Positions 25,468 through 38,200 of a stretch of 64,000 nucleotides of DNA are shown here, piece by piece. Under the pieces are notes generated by a model. The model searched no databases and was not told the origin of the DNA. It was given only the letters and a program-made list of their open reading frames with translations. Each line of letters starts with the position of its first letter. Within the stretch, counting starts at the first letter, position 1. Source of the DNA: Botryllus schlosseri (lineage: Eukaryota); contig CM119375.1 in the NCBI GenBank assembly GCA_051294905.1, positions 4,030,001 to 4,094,000 on the forward strand. Reading direction: 5' to 3'. Made by a program: the position numbers and the translations under genes.

Positions 25468-26178
25468 CAGTGGCTCTCAACTGCCGGTCCGCCAACTATA
25501 CATTTTAATTTCATTCTTTAATCGCAAAAAGTTAGAGGTTGAAGTACTGTTCAGTGTCCATAAATTATAGAAATAAAACACCATGTTTGAAACTGATTTA
25601 TATATTTAGAATGACTTATAATGGTCTTCTCTCAACTCCCCTGAGTTTCAATTCTGCTCTCGTGGCTGTGGTGTACACAGGGGAAGTTGGGGTTCCAAAT
25701 CGAAGCCCTCTGTAATGCAAATTATTAAAAAGGTCAACTCCGCGGAAAATAGACGCGCAAAACCGGTTTTCGAGCATCAACTCGCAAAATTGACCTCTTT
25801 TCAGTTAATTCATCTGCGATCAGAATTAGGCGAATACATTTTCCGACCACATGTCCTCTCATTCGGATCCGTAAATATGAGGGGGCGAAAATTTGTGAAG
25901 AGCTTGATAAGAGGCGATGAGTCGGGAAAGGTTGGGAACCACTTTGGGATAAGGTATTTTTGTCAGTTATTCATGCAGATGTTTATACCGCAATTCCGTC
26001 GAGGACTGTTAGGTAGGTAATGAGACATTGGTTATAGATCTTAGCCTTGCTATAGCTAATACCTCGCCCTGTCTCTCTCTCTCTCTCTCGCCCTTTCTCT
26101 CTAATGATTCTAGAGAAAATTGCCGAGATTGCACGGGCGTAGCCAACGGCTCTCCGGGGTCGAGTTTGAGAACCACTG
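25468..26178. mobile_element. hAT-type element(s) with CAGTGG..CCACTG ends
   Basis: Charlie-like termini, no matching TSD; may be two remnants; contains a (TC)n run. Confidence 0.4.
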
Positions 26179-26185
26179 TGTTGGA

Positions 26186-27480
26186 TTGCGGCCGCGGTAA
26201 CCTCGGACCGTAATTAGTCATTAGCATTTCCTCTAGATTGCAGTCTTGCTCATCCTTATTTCGATTGAGCCAGGGCATGCTGCCGTAAAACAATAACTAT
26301 GCGGGCGTGTACAAAACATTAAATTAGCGTGTGTGGGCGGCCGTCAACATGCAATTTGAATTTACGAATCGGATCCCAAATCGTTGAGAGATTTTATTTC
26401 AGCCTAAACCAGTGGTTCCCAACGTGGGCGATATCACCCCCCAGGGGGCGATTTGGCGGCCTAGGGGGGCGAAAATAGACAAAGGGGGCGATAGGGGGGC
26501 GATGACGCGTTAAAACGGCTATTTTGGAGTCAATTCGGAGAAATGACCTTTTTTTTTTTTTGGTCAACCCACGGAAATTTGGTTGCAAAAGTGTAAAATT
26601 CGACAACGATCCGCAAAGTTGACCTTTTTTTTTTTTAGTCAACCCGCCGATGACTGCAAATTGTATACCGATTTTTCGGTTCACAAAATCTAGGGGGCGA
26701 TGATCGGCCTTGAGATTGAAAAGGGGGCGATGAGTCGAAAAAGGTTGGGAACCACTGGCCTAAACAATTATCTTCACACGTAGCGCGATTCATGATGACT
26801 TGGATATTTTGTTTCTAATAGAATAGTGTCCTTGCAATCTGAGCCCCGCCGTACAAATGCGAACCGCAGATAAAAAATGATGCGCCCCATAAAGAAATAC
26901 CAAGTTGGAATCGTGTGCCTCTCACGTACGAAAGTTTTTGTGGTACGTTTGGGTGTTTCCAATATATTTTAACTATACCCACAATCTTGATGGGAGGTCA
27001 ACAAATAACAACATGTAAAAAAGCGTTTAATAAAAACCTGAAAATACATCATCATCAATTTTGTGACCTAATATTTTTAGGACACCCATCCTTCAGCTCT
27101 ACCATGGACCACGTGGGCTGAGAAGGGATAAATATTGTGTGAAATATATATGTGAACAGTGAAACTACTATATATTATCGACAAAATTCAGTCAAGCTGT
27201 TGAAAAATTTTCGCGCACGACATGACCAGAAACCGTATCCCAATATCTTTTCCTAACATTTTTACTCGCGATTTGGGGGCATGTATAGTAAGCCTTCGGA
27301 GACATTCGGCCTCTACAATTACAAACTTTTATAAGAACGGTACTCTGAAGAAATCAGGAGTAGCACAGAACGCCACCAGGGCTATCCGCAGTGCAAAGTT
27401 CCCAATTGTCAATTTAACGTGAATATTTGTCGTCCAGATGGGTCATGACCACTCTCCGCTGGGATGCGGCTCTATATGCT
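26186..27480. mobile_element. Degenerate copy of the 37717..38490 hAT family, interrupted by MITE 26410..26757
   Basis: Colinear similarity (gcggccgtc.acatgcaa...cacgtgggctgagaa.ggataaatatt...atgcggc). Confidence 0.55.
26410..26757. mobile_element. hAT-Charlie MITE with GGGGGCGA repeats
   Basis: TIR CAGTGGTTCCCAAC; perfect TSD GCCTAAAC; near-identical copy at 47496..47873. Confidence 0.92.
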
Positions 27481-27819
27481 ATATATAAATTATTATCGAA
27501 ATGCTGTCAAGTATAGCAGAAAGCTTGAACACCCCTGGATTAGGCTCACTAAGAAATCGGTGTAATATGTGGTCAGGGTGTACGAGTTTTGAGTAAACGT
27601 TAAAATGGTTTAACGCGACGAAAAAAGTTGAAGAGCACTAATCTATCCTATATAAATTTCCTTTGGGCGAACCTCGATAGTCCGAAGCTTGTCGTTCGCA
27701 AACAAACCTCATCAGGTTCTTTCTTGTGAACATTTTTTCGATATAACAAAATTTTCCAGTAATCTTAACATCCACTGTCCCAATTCCTTCGCTGGATTAC
27801 GGCGAAAACTTTTCTAGTT

Positions 27820-28248
27820 TAGACTCGAATCAAGTCGAGTCATATCCAATTCACAATCTAGTCAAGTCCGAGTCTAAGTCGGGAGCAACGGGCCGAGTCC
27901 AAGTCATGGTGTTTTTTTATTGCTCAGTATCGAGTTCATGCCAGATTCAACTCATTTTTGTGAAACTATTGGGTGATATAGAAGACCTCAGATCCATAAT
28001 ATACTAAATTTTCTCACTACAAAAATGTTTATTCGAAGACATAAGAGACTGTTTCTGGGCCTATTTCTCAATTAATAGTGCTGATATACCACCCTTGGAT
28101 AAGGCATATAGAATGTGTCGTGTAATATGACCATATTCAAAGCATGCGTAATGATTCGAGTGCAAGTCAAGTCAGCACACGAATTCACTCAAGTCAAGTC
28201 GAGTCCTTTTCCATTTTTAAGAAAATGACTAGAGTCATTACAACCCTG
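27820..28248. mobile_element. Truncated GAGTC-rich hAT MITE
   Basis: Right TIR GAGTCATTACAACCCTG; interior matches 9467..10064. Confidence 0.7.
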
Positions 28249-29185
28249 TCGATCACTGCTCATGGGCTCATTCTTGGCCTAGTGGAAGCAGTAATCCAGG
28301 TTTGATGAGAGCGGAATAACAACATTACTTTTAGGGATGTGATGCAAATTTTTGCCGGGATCCTAATGCGATTTAAGGAGCTTTAATATACTGGATGCGG
28401 ATGCCATCCCTTGCGAGTAGATGCAAAGTGACCCCGGACAGATCAGAATATTTACAATGAGTTGTTACGAAATCCCGAGATACGATATTTCGTTAGCCTG
28501 ATCGTTATGAGTGAGTGAGTCAGTGGGTGTCTTGCGAATTGCGCTAATGCACTGTTATTAATAACTACCAGCACGGCAACATCTTATAATCGAAGAAAGA
28601 CAAAAGCCCTTTCCAATGCAACTCCTCATCCAGATTTTGGATCCAGTCTATGTACTGTCATCGTCTTAATGTTGCGATTGCCAATTTTACATAATTGCTT
28701 TGTAAACGTGGGCTACGCAATACTTCAGGGACTCAGCAGTTATATATAAATCCGCCACATTATGACGATGCCTTCTGTGACGCAGTCCAGAACCTAAATC
28801 TAAAGTTATTAGCAATGCGACATCACCAAATCCTTCACAGGTTCGCACCACCCTACAATGCCCTCTCATATGCAGACTTCTACGAACTCTGGATTTTCTA
28901 AATGAGCAACCAGAACTAGAACCAATACTCCTTAAATACCATTAGTAGCCAGTAACTATGGTTATTTGTATAATGTACATGTACGAGATTGGTTGTTTGT
29001 ACAGTACATGAACGTACAAGTTTGTCCATATGACCTATACCAGTTTCACGCTGCAGGCTGCAGTCAAAACGGAAGCTCGTATAGATAAAAAATGGAAATT
29101 GTACTGTCAAGTCATTATTCCATGACAAACAAAAACCAAACATCGATAGCATCTATGCCACTGCGAGTATATTAACTTCGTTATA

Positions 29186-29191
29186 TTTATT
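29186..29191 (-). terminator. Candidate polyadenylation signal AATAAA of gene 1
   Basis: tttatt on the + strand, about 73 nt past the predicted stop. Confidence 0.5.
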
Positions 29192-29263
29192 CCATAAATA
29201 TCATCAAGCGTGTATTGAACAAAGGATGTCGAAGGACGTACGAAGTGAAGTCAATCGTTCTTC

Positions 29264-29277
29264 TTAGTTGCCGGAGC
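29264..29277 (-). CDS. Gene 1 terminal coding exon (GSGN-stop)
   Basis: 63-nt intron ending gtgtatttag, then GC TCC GGC AAC TAA; AATAAA about 73 nt downstream. Confidence 0.65.
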
Positions 29278-32200
29278 CTAAATACACGAATCTCGTTAGG
29301 GTGCGAAATTACTTTTCACTGGTTGTTATCTTTTGCGTACCAGGGCATGTTTCCGCGAAATCGGAGCAGCAATTCTTAAACCATCTGCAAGTGATATTGC
29401 ATTGACACGGGTATCGTCTGTAGTCTGACCGTCTTCCACACCGACCCGCGCAGAATGAAGTCGTGGAATGCCCTGTTAAATTCAAAAAATCGTGATCAGT
29501 GAATGAAATAAGTAGTATGTAGCCTCGCCGAGCGTGTCATTTAAATTCTACAATAAATGACACCTTATCGAATCATAATTTGATATTGTGTGGCCATTGT
29601 TGAACAGCATTAAGGAGTTCAGTTACAGAAAGATAAGGGTTTGAAGGCCGTGAAATTAGTGAGAGTAACCCCTTATCATTGAGTTTTAGTAGACCATAGT
29701 CTCCCATGTGCAATATTATATATAATTTTGTTTTCCAAGGTCATCGGCGTTCGACGTTCTCTTATTCGCCCACACGTTTATCTATGTTATGAGGTAGAAT
29801 TTTAGCATGCGAGGCGGATAGAAAATGAGGAATATCTACGCTAGATTCATACTTTAAAACCTCCCGGACCTGCTGGATCTTGTCGCGTAAATTCTTTATA
29901 TAGATAAAGGCACGCGATGATCGTACGCCTAGGGTCTACATATAGATATAATCGATGCGGTTTCAAATAAGATCCAGCTTCTTGGACTGTGAAGTATTTT
30001 CTCACATTTGATCATTTTTCCGAATCAATTGCAAACTTATTGCTGGTGTTGAAGATGCAGTATTGAGTCTATTAAATCATGTATCTGCCATATTAAAATA
30101 TTATTCGCTTAATACGCAGAATTCCCAATGAACGGAACAGAACTGTTGTTGAATATACCCGGTGCAGTGACCAGTCTATCAACCAAACTAACCTTTTGGC
30201 CTATTATCGGCATTACCTCAGCTAATGTGCTTTGCATGACGTACCTGATGAGATGAATTCATCGGGAAATTGTGAGTGCAACCTAATCTATGAGATGTAA
30301 CAGTACTGTTATATTTCGTTCACCTTTTCTACTGACGTCAAAAATTTGAAGTCTACCGAGAAAATGTAAATGAAAAAGAGACACCGGCTCCGTGTCATCG
30401 AGTATGTCCGCATTCAAGTCGAAATACAAGCAATTGATACTGAATGAATACTAGTCACACCCCAAGTCTACCTGACCCCGATCTGACATTGTATCAACCT
30501 CGCCCATCGAAACATGAGTTTAGGGTTGCATTTAAAACAAACATCAATTTAAAACAAACATGTTTTATTGATTTTCCCTTTGTTTGATTATTAGTCATGA
30601 CGTCATAAGTCTTTAAATAGTGTCTTCGCAGTGGAGTGACATTGACAATTGAAAATAGAGGGTAAAGGTGATTACTTTGGCGGAAAAGGCAATACCGACT
30701 CCCGGATTAAACGGACCGAAAATATCTTTAAACCATTCCCTATACGTCGACTATATTGGGTGCAATTAGTCCGTAGGCTCATGCGACATGTTTTTTCGAC
30801 AAAGTGTTTTAAAACACTATTTGTTTCAAATGCAACCCTACATACCTTATTCATTTATATCACTATTCGTTTTATGGTATCCCTTATTTCTTTCCATCCA
30901 GGGTGCATGCCGCTTATTTACATCGCCTAGGCCCAGGTTGATGTCTGATTTCAAAGACTACTCCATACCGTTGCGACACCTTCCTATATTTTCATTGTAT
31001 CGCAGTCGTGTGGTGTTTTGAAATGATGAAAATTACTAATAAACCGATACTACTGATAGCCTACTCAGTGTAAGTGTAAAATTTACCTCTGCAATTAGGA
31101 ACAGGGAACTTCCACGTCCCATCCGACATGCATACATTAGATCCGTCCCCATGCGTCAATATGTGCCCAATGTGACAGAAGTACCGCACGGACGCCCCGG
31201 GTTCGTACCAGGGTTCTTTAGGCCTTGCCCCGCCGTTTCGGACTTCTTTTTCGGAACATCTTTGTTTGTTTGCTGCATCCAAGCGTAACTCACGCATTAG
31301 CCCGCGAAAATATTGCATAAAAATGTGTCGCATATGCATGTATGTATAAGGGGTTTTATGGTGCTCGACTACTAAGGTCTTGTGCACCAGGCCTGGGGGA
31401 GCTAATAGTTAAATCAGATACGTCTACACAATACAACAAATTCTATGACCAGATTAACCATACGCGGATCAGTCAACAGACAGTCCAAGTTAAAGCTCAC
31501 ACTGCTCCGTGCAGCTACATTTTTTAAATATTGTCTCTGGTGATAGTATCGAGGACACGTCATATGTGTCATATGTGCAGACTTGGACCACTATTCCAGT
31601 TGTATAATTAGACTAATTAGAGCGAAATGACTGTAGTCTAATTATAATCTAATTTTTGAAAATGTCCTATGCTCTAATTTTAATACTCTGCTAGTGGCGG
31701 ACGGTCACATCTGACAGCGTCAACCGAATCCGGGTTCATTTCAAAATGAATATTATATTCAATTTTCACTTACAAATGCAAAATTCCTCCATGTCCCATT
31801 CACCACCGCTGAGGCAGGTGACTTTTCCTGCTGTCTTGGGACGGAATCCATCGTCACAAGATATCTCTGCAGTGTCGCCTTCCACGAAAACGTCTTTTAG
31901 ACTCTTGTCGTCCAGTAATTTCCCGTTTTGCACGGTAGGTCTGTAGCACACTGGTACTGAAAAGCAAATGACCACTGATCAGTACGCGGCTGTGCTGTGA
32001 ATTCTGTTCTCCTACCAGACTTGGCAACTAGAGAACCCTCAAATTAGATTTCCAAATTGAATTTCCAAATTAGATTGGAATTGGAATTATTGCTACACAG
32101 CTTTTTTACAAATTACATTAGAATTGCTGAATTCGCGTGACATTGAATAAAGATCAGTTGATATCAAATCGGAGATCATCCTCATAAGCATGATAATGCC

Positions 32201-35200
32201 AAATGTCTGTACAGCAAGCTTGGCTCGTTTCGCATTATGCAATCCTCCTGCAGAATTTACAGGGATACCAGAAATTAGATTAAAACTAAAATATGCGTAG
32301 AAAGATTTCACAAACTAGATTCCAATTCGATCAACTGCATTCCCCTGTAATTAATCTATTTAAACAGCTATAGAATTATCTATAGTTGTCCGAGTCCGTC
32401 TTCTATGCGCGTTGCGAAATTAAGGCGAATTATATGTGCTGTGTAGTAACATCTACGATAGCTTAGCTAACAAGAAATCTACGCATCAGATGTCAAGTAG
32501 GATTACACAGTCGGATTAAATTGACACGGATTTAAGCTTTACGGCGCTTACAACTTTGACATGTCACGATTACGCACTTGAAAATATAGATGGTGCAAAC
32601 CCCTGAATGGCACGGGAAGGTGTGCGCTATTTATTATCGAGATTCAGTTTAATTATAGATAACTAACCTATGGATAGATACGCAACACCCGTCGTCACGC
32701 TTGCTTGCCCAGAGGCAATTACTGCTCAGCAATCTGAACGCAACATAATTGCTAATCCCGTTGCTGACGACCCGAGCGCTCAAATTAAACAGAGTTGATC
32801 TTATTTGAAAGCTACTGTCGCACTGATTCCGAAAATATACATTAAAATCTGATCAAGGCAATGGAACTCCCTTAAAATACACGTCAAAGTCTGAAAATCG
32901 GCATTGTTCTGAACAATTGCAACTACGCAAGGGCCATTGTTGTAGTCATTGTGCTGCGTCGCTGCGATTGTTTACAACAATGCCGATTCTCAGACTTTAA
33001 AGGCTATTTCGGGGTAGTTGAATTGCCTTAATGAAAATTTAATGTATATTTTCAGAATCAGTGAGACAGTAGCTTTCGAATAAGACCAACTTTACTCAAT
33101 TTGAGCGCTCTGGTCGTCAGCAATGGAATTAGCAATTATGTTGCGTTCAGATTGCTGAGCAGTAATTGCCTCTGGGCAAGCAAGCGCGACGACGAATGTT
33201 GCGCATCTATCCGTAGGTTAGTTATCTATAGTTTAATTTATGGCGCTCTACAATGTTTATAGTAGTTTGCCGTTGTTCTGTTGTGCCAAGAATTCAATTT
33301 CAAAGAATCTGGATGAAAGAAGTTGGAAATTTTTATAATTCGAAATATTTATACCATGGTGTGTGTGTACTGTACAACCTGCCAAGAGTAGTTTTCCAAC
33401 GCAAACATCTGAATTACTAAGGGTAGCACAGCGATAACTAACTGAACGGAACATTCGCACCATCGCTACTTGAAAAAGACCTATCTACACCTCCATGGGA
33501 GCCGGTAGTTTCATACATTTCCTATATGCTACTCGATTGGTATGCTTTTAGTGTACAGTCCGTAGTGCCGAGCCATTTTGAAAGACGGAACCGAAGTGGA
33601 TCGACTAACCTGTGGTATTACTGTAATATATAATGGTAGGACAAAACAGGCCATATGTTAACACAGTGCAACGTCAAGTAACCACCTATCGTAACTTATA
33701 TAACTTCCGACTACAGAAATCCTAAGGCCAGACTGCAATTATGATAATAATCGAGCCGCGATACTATGGGCTTACGCGAAATTAATATTTTGAGAAAAGC
33801 ATATCAACAATCAAAATACGTCCTGGATATGTGGCGACGTCAAAAGACATTGCACCGTAGGCTGCATATACAGTGCACAGCAGAGCTTCCCAAACTAGGA
33901 TGCGCGTACCCCTACGTCCCCTAATCGAGAGAAAATACGGTTGGACGGGAGACACTTCATTATTCTGTCACTGTGACAATTTTCTATAACAACGACTATA
34001 TCGCTTATGTGATAAGCAAATATAAAGTTGAAGCTTACTAAATGCAGCGGCTATGGCTGCTTTTACTTTGCTGTGTGACGTAATAAATGAGCCTTTACAT
34101 CGCTGTGTACCGTCTCAAACTATAGACAACTAACCTACGTAGGTTAGTTATCTATACTCAAACACATTAACAGCATATTCCCGTTTATCTACAGACGTGG
34201 TAAGGTGAGGTTTACGTAGACTACTATAGCCTACCAGTGTCATTTGATTATTGTGAAGTCTATTTACTTGATAAACGCTATTTCGATCGTCAGTGTTTTG
34301 CTTCTGTACCGTAAGCAGGCCGGCGGTCACTGCGAAGCGAATTTTCTGGCAAACCGATTTAGGCCTATGCAGAACGCCAGACCAGGGTCACTTTCCCTAG
34401 GCTATACTAAGATAACACGTCTATTATAAGCAAGATTACGGGGATTATACCATTTTAAACACTGCTTCTCTGTTTTCATTTACCCACCGCATTTCGGTAT
34501 TTTCTTTTCCCATACTCCGTCCTCGCCGCATTTGACGTAATCATCTCCAACCAGAAGAGTGGACCGTTTGCATTTAAAATGGATTTCCGCTTTGTATTCG
34601 AATCGTCTCTGTATTGCAGAGTGTACGATGTTTTCATCGTCGACTTCGTCTCTTTCGAACACGCAATATTTTCTGCATTTCGGAGTCCATCTGTATTTCC
34701 ACTCTCCGCCCTCCTCGCATACGTTCTCCGCGGGACCGTCCAAGTAATATTTGTCCTCACATGATAACTTAATTTTTTGACCCACCCTGTAGGAGCGTTG
34801 TCTGGGCGACACATCTCCCTTTTCTGGCGCCGTGCGAAATCGGCATCTATCTGTAAGGAGGTATGTTTCAGAAAATGCGGATCGACCATGTTTGTATGCG
34901 CAAGAGACGCCGTTCACACGTTGATTTGTGTGCCTTGGGATCGACTTTGATCGAGATGTTCGACCTAAAAGATCATCGCTCTATCAAATATTCCGGTATC
35001 TCGCCGACTATCCGCCAGCCGCCGACCATGTCCACATTCAAGTCGAAATACAAACAATTTTCTACTGAATCAATGCTAGTCTGCCCTCAAGTTCGAACCA
35101 CGACCGGACATATAGATCTCGATTTCCGGCACATGTCACCTCCTTTTGTCGCATGTCCTTTTATATTATCGTCTTTTACTTTTCATTCAGTGTGCATGCC

Positions 35201-38200
35201 TACTTTTTACATCGCCTAGGCCAGGTGGGTGTCTGATTTCGAACACTACTCCAAGTCGTTTTGACACCTTCTTATCTTTTCATTGTATCGCAGTCTTGTG
35301 GTGCATTGAAATGATGAATTTGTTACTAGTAAATTAAATTGAATTGAACATACGCCAACCAAGTCTGTGCCAACAGAAGGAGTTTGTGTACCTTCTAAAA
35401 TGGTACAACGAGCTTAATCGCTCTATTCGGGTTCGCCGATAATATCGAGTCGATGTGACACTTTGAAATCTGTTTTCTGTATCTGTATTCTAGTGGTGTC
35501 ACAACATAGTAATAGAGAGTCAGAAGTATATTAACTATAACGTGAATGCTGACTGGAAACATTGATATATTTCATGCAGTTTACAGATCTACATATGCAG
35601 CCTTAGATAGTTCATGCCCCAGTACAGCGATGGCTGTAGAGTGTAGAGCTGTTCAAATTATTGCTTGGAATAGTTGTAAATAGCTATTCCGTATCTCCTG
35701 AATGTTGGCTGTATTGTATATATCGGGTAGTCTGTGAAGGTGTTTTAATTGTCAGTTTATTCGGAATCGGCTAAAAATATGATATCAGTCAGAAGCTACT
35801 CATGACTGGACTTTAAAAATTTGAAATGAGTTGACTTGGCTTCAAATAGACTTACGATTTGGTCCTAACAATGCAGAGGCCTGGAGATGGACGATTGGAC
35901 GTGTGCTGAATGAAGTGTGGGATGCCGTCCACAAAACTTACAAAGCCAATACCTACAAGACCTTAGCAGGCGAAAACCTGTACTCTATTATTGTTGAAAA
36001 CCAAACATGGGGTATTCGTTTCGTAATGGTTATCGATTAGGCCTATATTTGGATAATTGGTCGCTTTTCAAAAGAAAGATTACTAGACTCTTACAGGGAC
36101 TATATACATTATACCAGTGGTCGGGAACCTATGGCTCGCAAGCCATATATGACTCTTTTGGGTATAAGATGTGACTCTTTCCCAAATATTCATTTTTGTA
36201 TTGAATTGATATATATTGTTACTAAATTTTCATCGCGGCCAGAATAATTATTCTCGTGTCAGTAAGACCAAATAAACACGTCCTTGAGAGGTAAAGACAA
36301 TGACAGCTTCAGGTTTAGGGGCTCGGACCCTCTCTTTCGAAAATCCTCAAATTTAAGTTACTGTCGCGCCGGCGACCAATATCACTCGCGAATACTATGT
36401 ACCCGACTCCAAATCTTGGATTGTGCGATATGTTGATTAATCAAAGGGCATAGCAGACATGGAAACGCCCATATCACAACGCAGTTTTCAAATACACATT
36501 GTATTCCTGATATACGGCGCGAAATGAACTGCCGTGGACGTGACATTCACAATTACAAACTCGAATTACAAACAACGCCATAGCTATCCACGTTCTTGAT
36601 TGGTAAGTAGCTCTGTAGTAAGCCTACCGGAGATTTGCGTGCAGTGCAACGTTATGTCACCGCCGAATACTTTGAGAATTGAGAAGTCGATCACTATTTA
36701 GATTCTCGGAATAAGTGTGACAGTTACATTCGATTATTATCAGTTAAAATAAATTCTAAGCTAATTACGATGGATTGCGTTATTGATAGTGAGGCTTTGC
36801 CCGTCTGTGCCTTATTACCTCTCGTTTCGAGCTTTATTTTCTAACAATAAAAACACCAGTTTTTTCTGAGAAAATTTTGTGCACTCGACGAATCCCATGT
36901 AGTAAGTTCTAATAAGTGCTACCATGACGTCACGAATTTTCAACTGTGACGTAACAGCTGATTTGCATGTGTGGCTCTTTGGGAGTTAAAATGAAAAAAT
37001 AGGTCAAATGTGGCTCTGCGGACGAAAAAGGTTCCCGACCACTGCATTATACAGTGTATAGCTTAGACCAGTGGTTCTCAACCTAGGGGGCGCGAGAAAT
37101 TGACAAAGTCTGTATGAATTCTGACTAAACATGTGTTTCACAACCATTCTGAGAAGATGATTGTTGAAGATGAAACTTATTTCGTATTAAAAAAAACTCA
37201 CCAAATTAAAACTCAAGCAGTAGCCTCAACGGAGTATAGGCTGATTTCAACTACATTTGAGCAAAATTTTGATATTCTTTGAAAATTTAGAGCAATTACC
37301 ATGTGTAAGTCATTCATGACTTCAAAGCTTTGGTAGTAGCCTAAAGCTCCGTGCGCTGGGTAGCTGTTGGTAATAGCTGGCAAACTGCACTGCGTAAGAC
37401 AGACTTAGGTGCAATATTGGTTGCCCGGTTTCGCCCTCGATTAGGCTACCCTAAATCAACACAATTTAATTCACTTACAAAACTGATCAGATTTAGCATG
37501 ACAGTACAGAACGACGCCGTGCTCTCTGCGCGTAGTCACTATCAGCAGTAGGATTAGTCTCCGTGCAACCTACCTTGAAATGAATTGATGCCCTGTTCAA
37601 TATTTTTTGCTATTTTTAAACAAGTTTGGGGAAATTTGTCAGAAATGTTAAAGACTCATCAACTGGAATGCGGATTCAAAATTAGCGTGAAACATACCAT
37701 ATGTATACTATTAGATCAGAGAGGGGCAACCTGCGGCCGCAGAAGGGAATTTGTGCGGCCGTCGACACCTAATTCAATTAGTATGTATTGGCGGCCGTCG
37801 ACATGCAAATTTAAATTACGAATTCGCTCCCAAATCATGAAATTTTCTTCGCGCTCCGCGCAATTCAACATAGCTTCATTTTTCAATTTTAATATATTAG
37901 CACCCTTCTCAATATGATCCGGAATCAGAAGCGTGTGCTCCTCACGAAAGAAATTTGTTTATGGTACATTTGAGCGATTTAAATATATTTCCACTACCGA
38001 TACAATCGACAATCCTGATGAGGCGTCAAGAAACAACAGCATGCAACAAAGGGACTAATAACAATTGGCCCACCCGAAAATGCATTATCATTTATAGCTT
38101 ACCCTAAATTTTTTAAAGCACTTCCATGAACCCTACCGGTGAATCTGATCACATGGGCTGAGAAAGGATAAATATTTGAAAGTAATATATGATACTGATA

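Noticed and set aside
33380-33470. Degenerate CCP-like pseudo-exon (SVSYRCATLSNSDVCVGK) with AG/GT ends in phase 1
   Set aside because: It lacks the first Cys, the Trp and correct spacing, and has a weak donor; it cannot be distinguished from chance.
35831-36040. Harbinger transposase-like fragment (TIGRVLNEVWDAVHK)
   Set aside because: Only one short resemblance; no catalytic motif or termini found.
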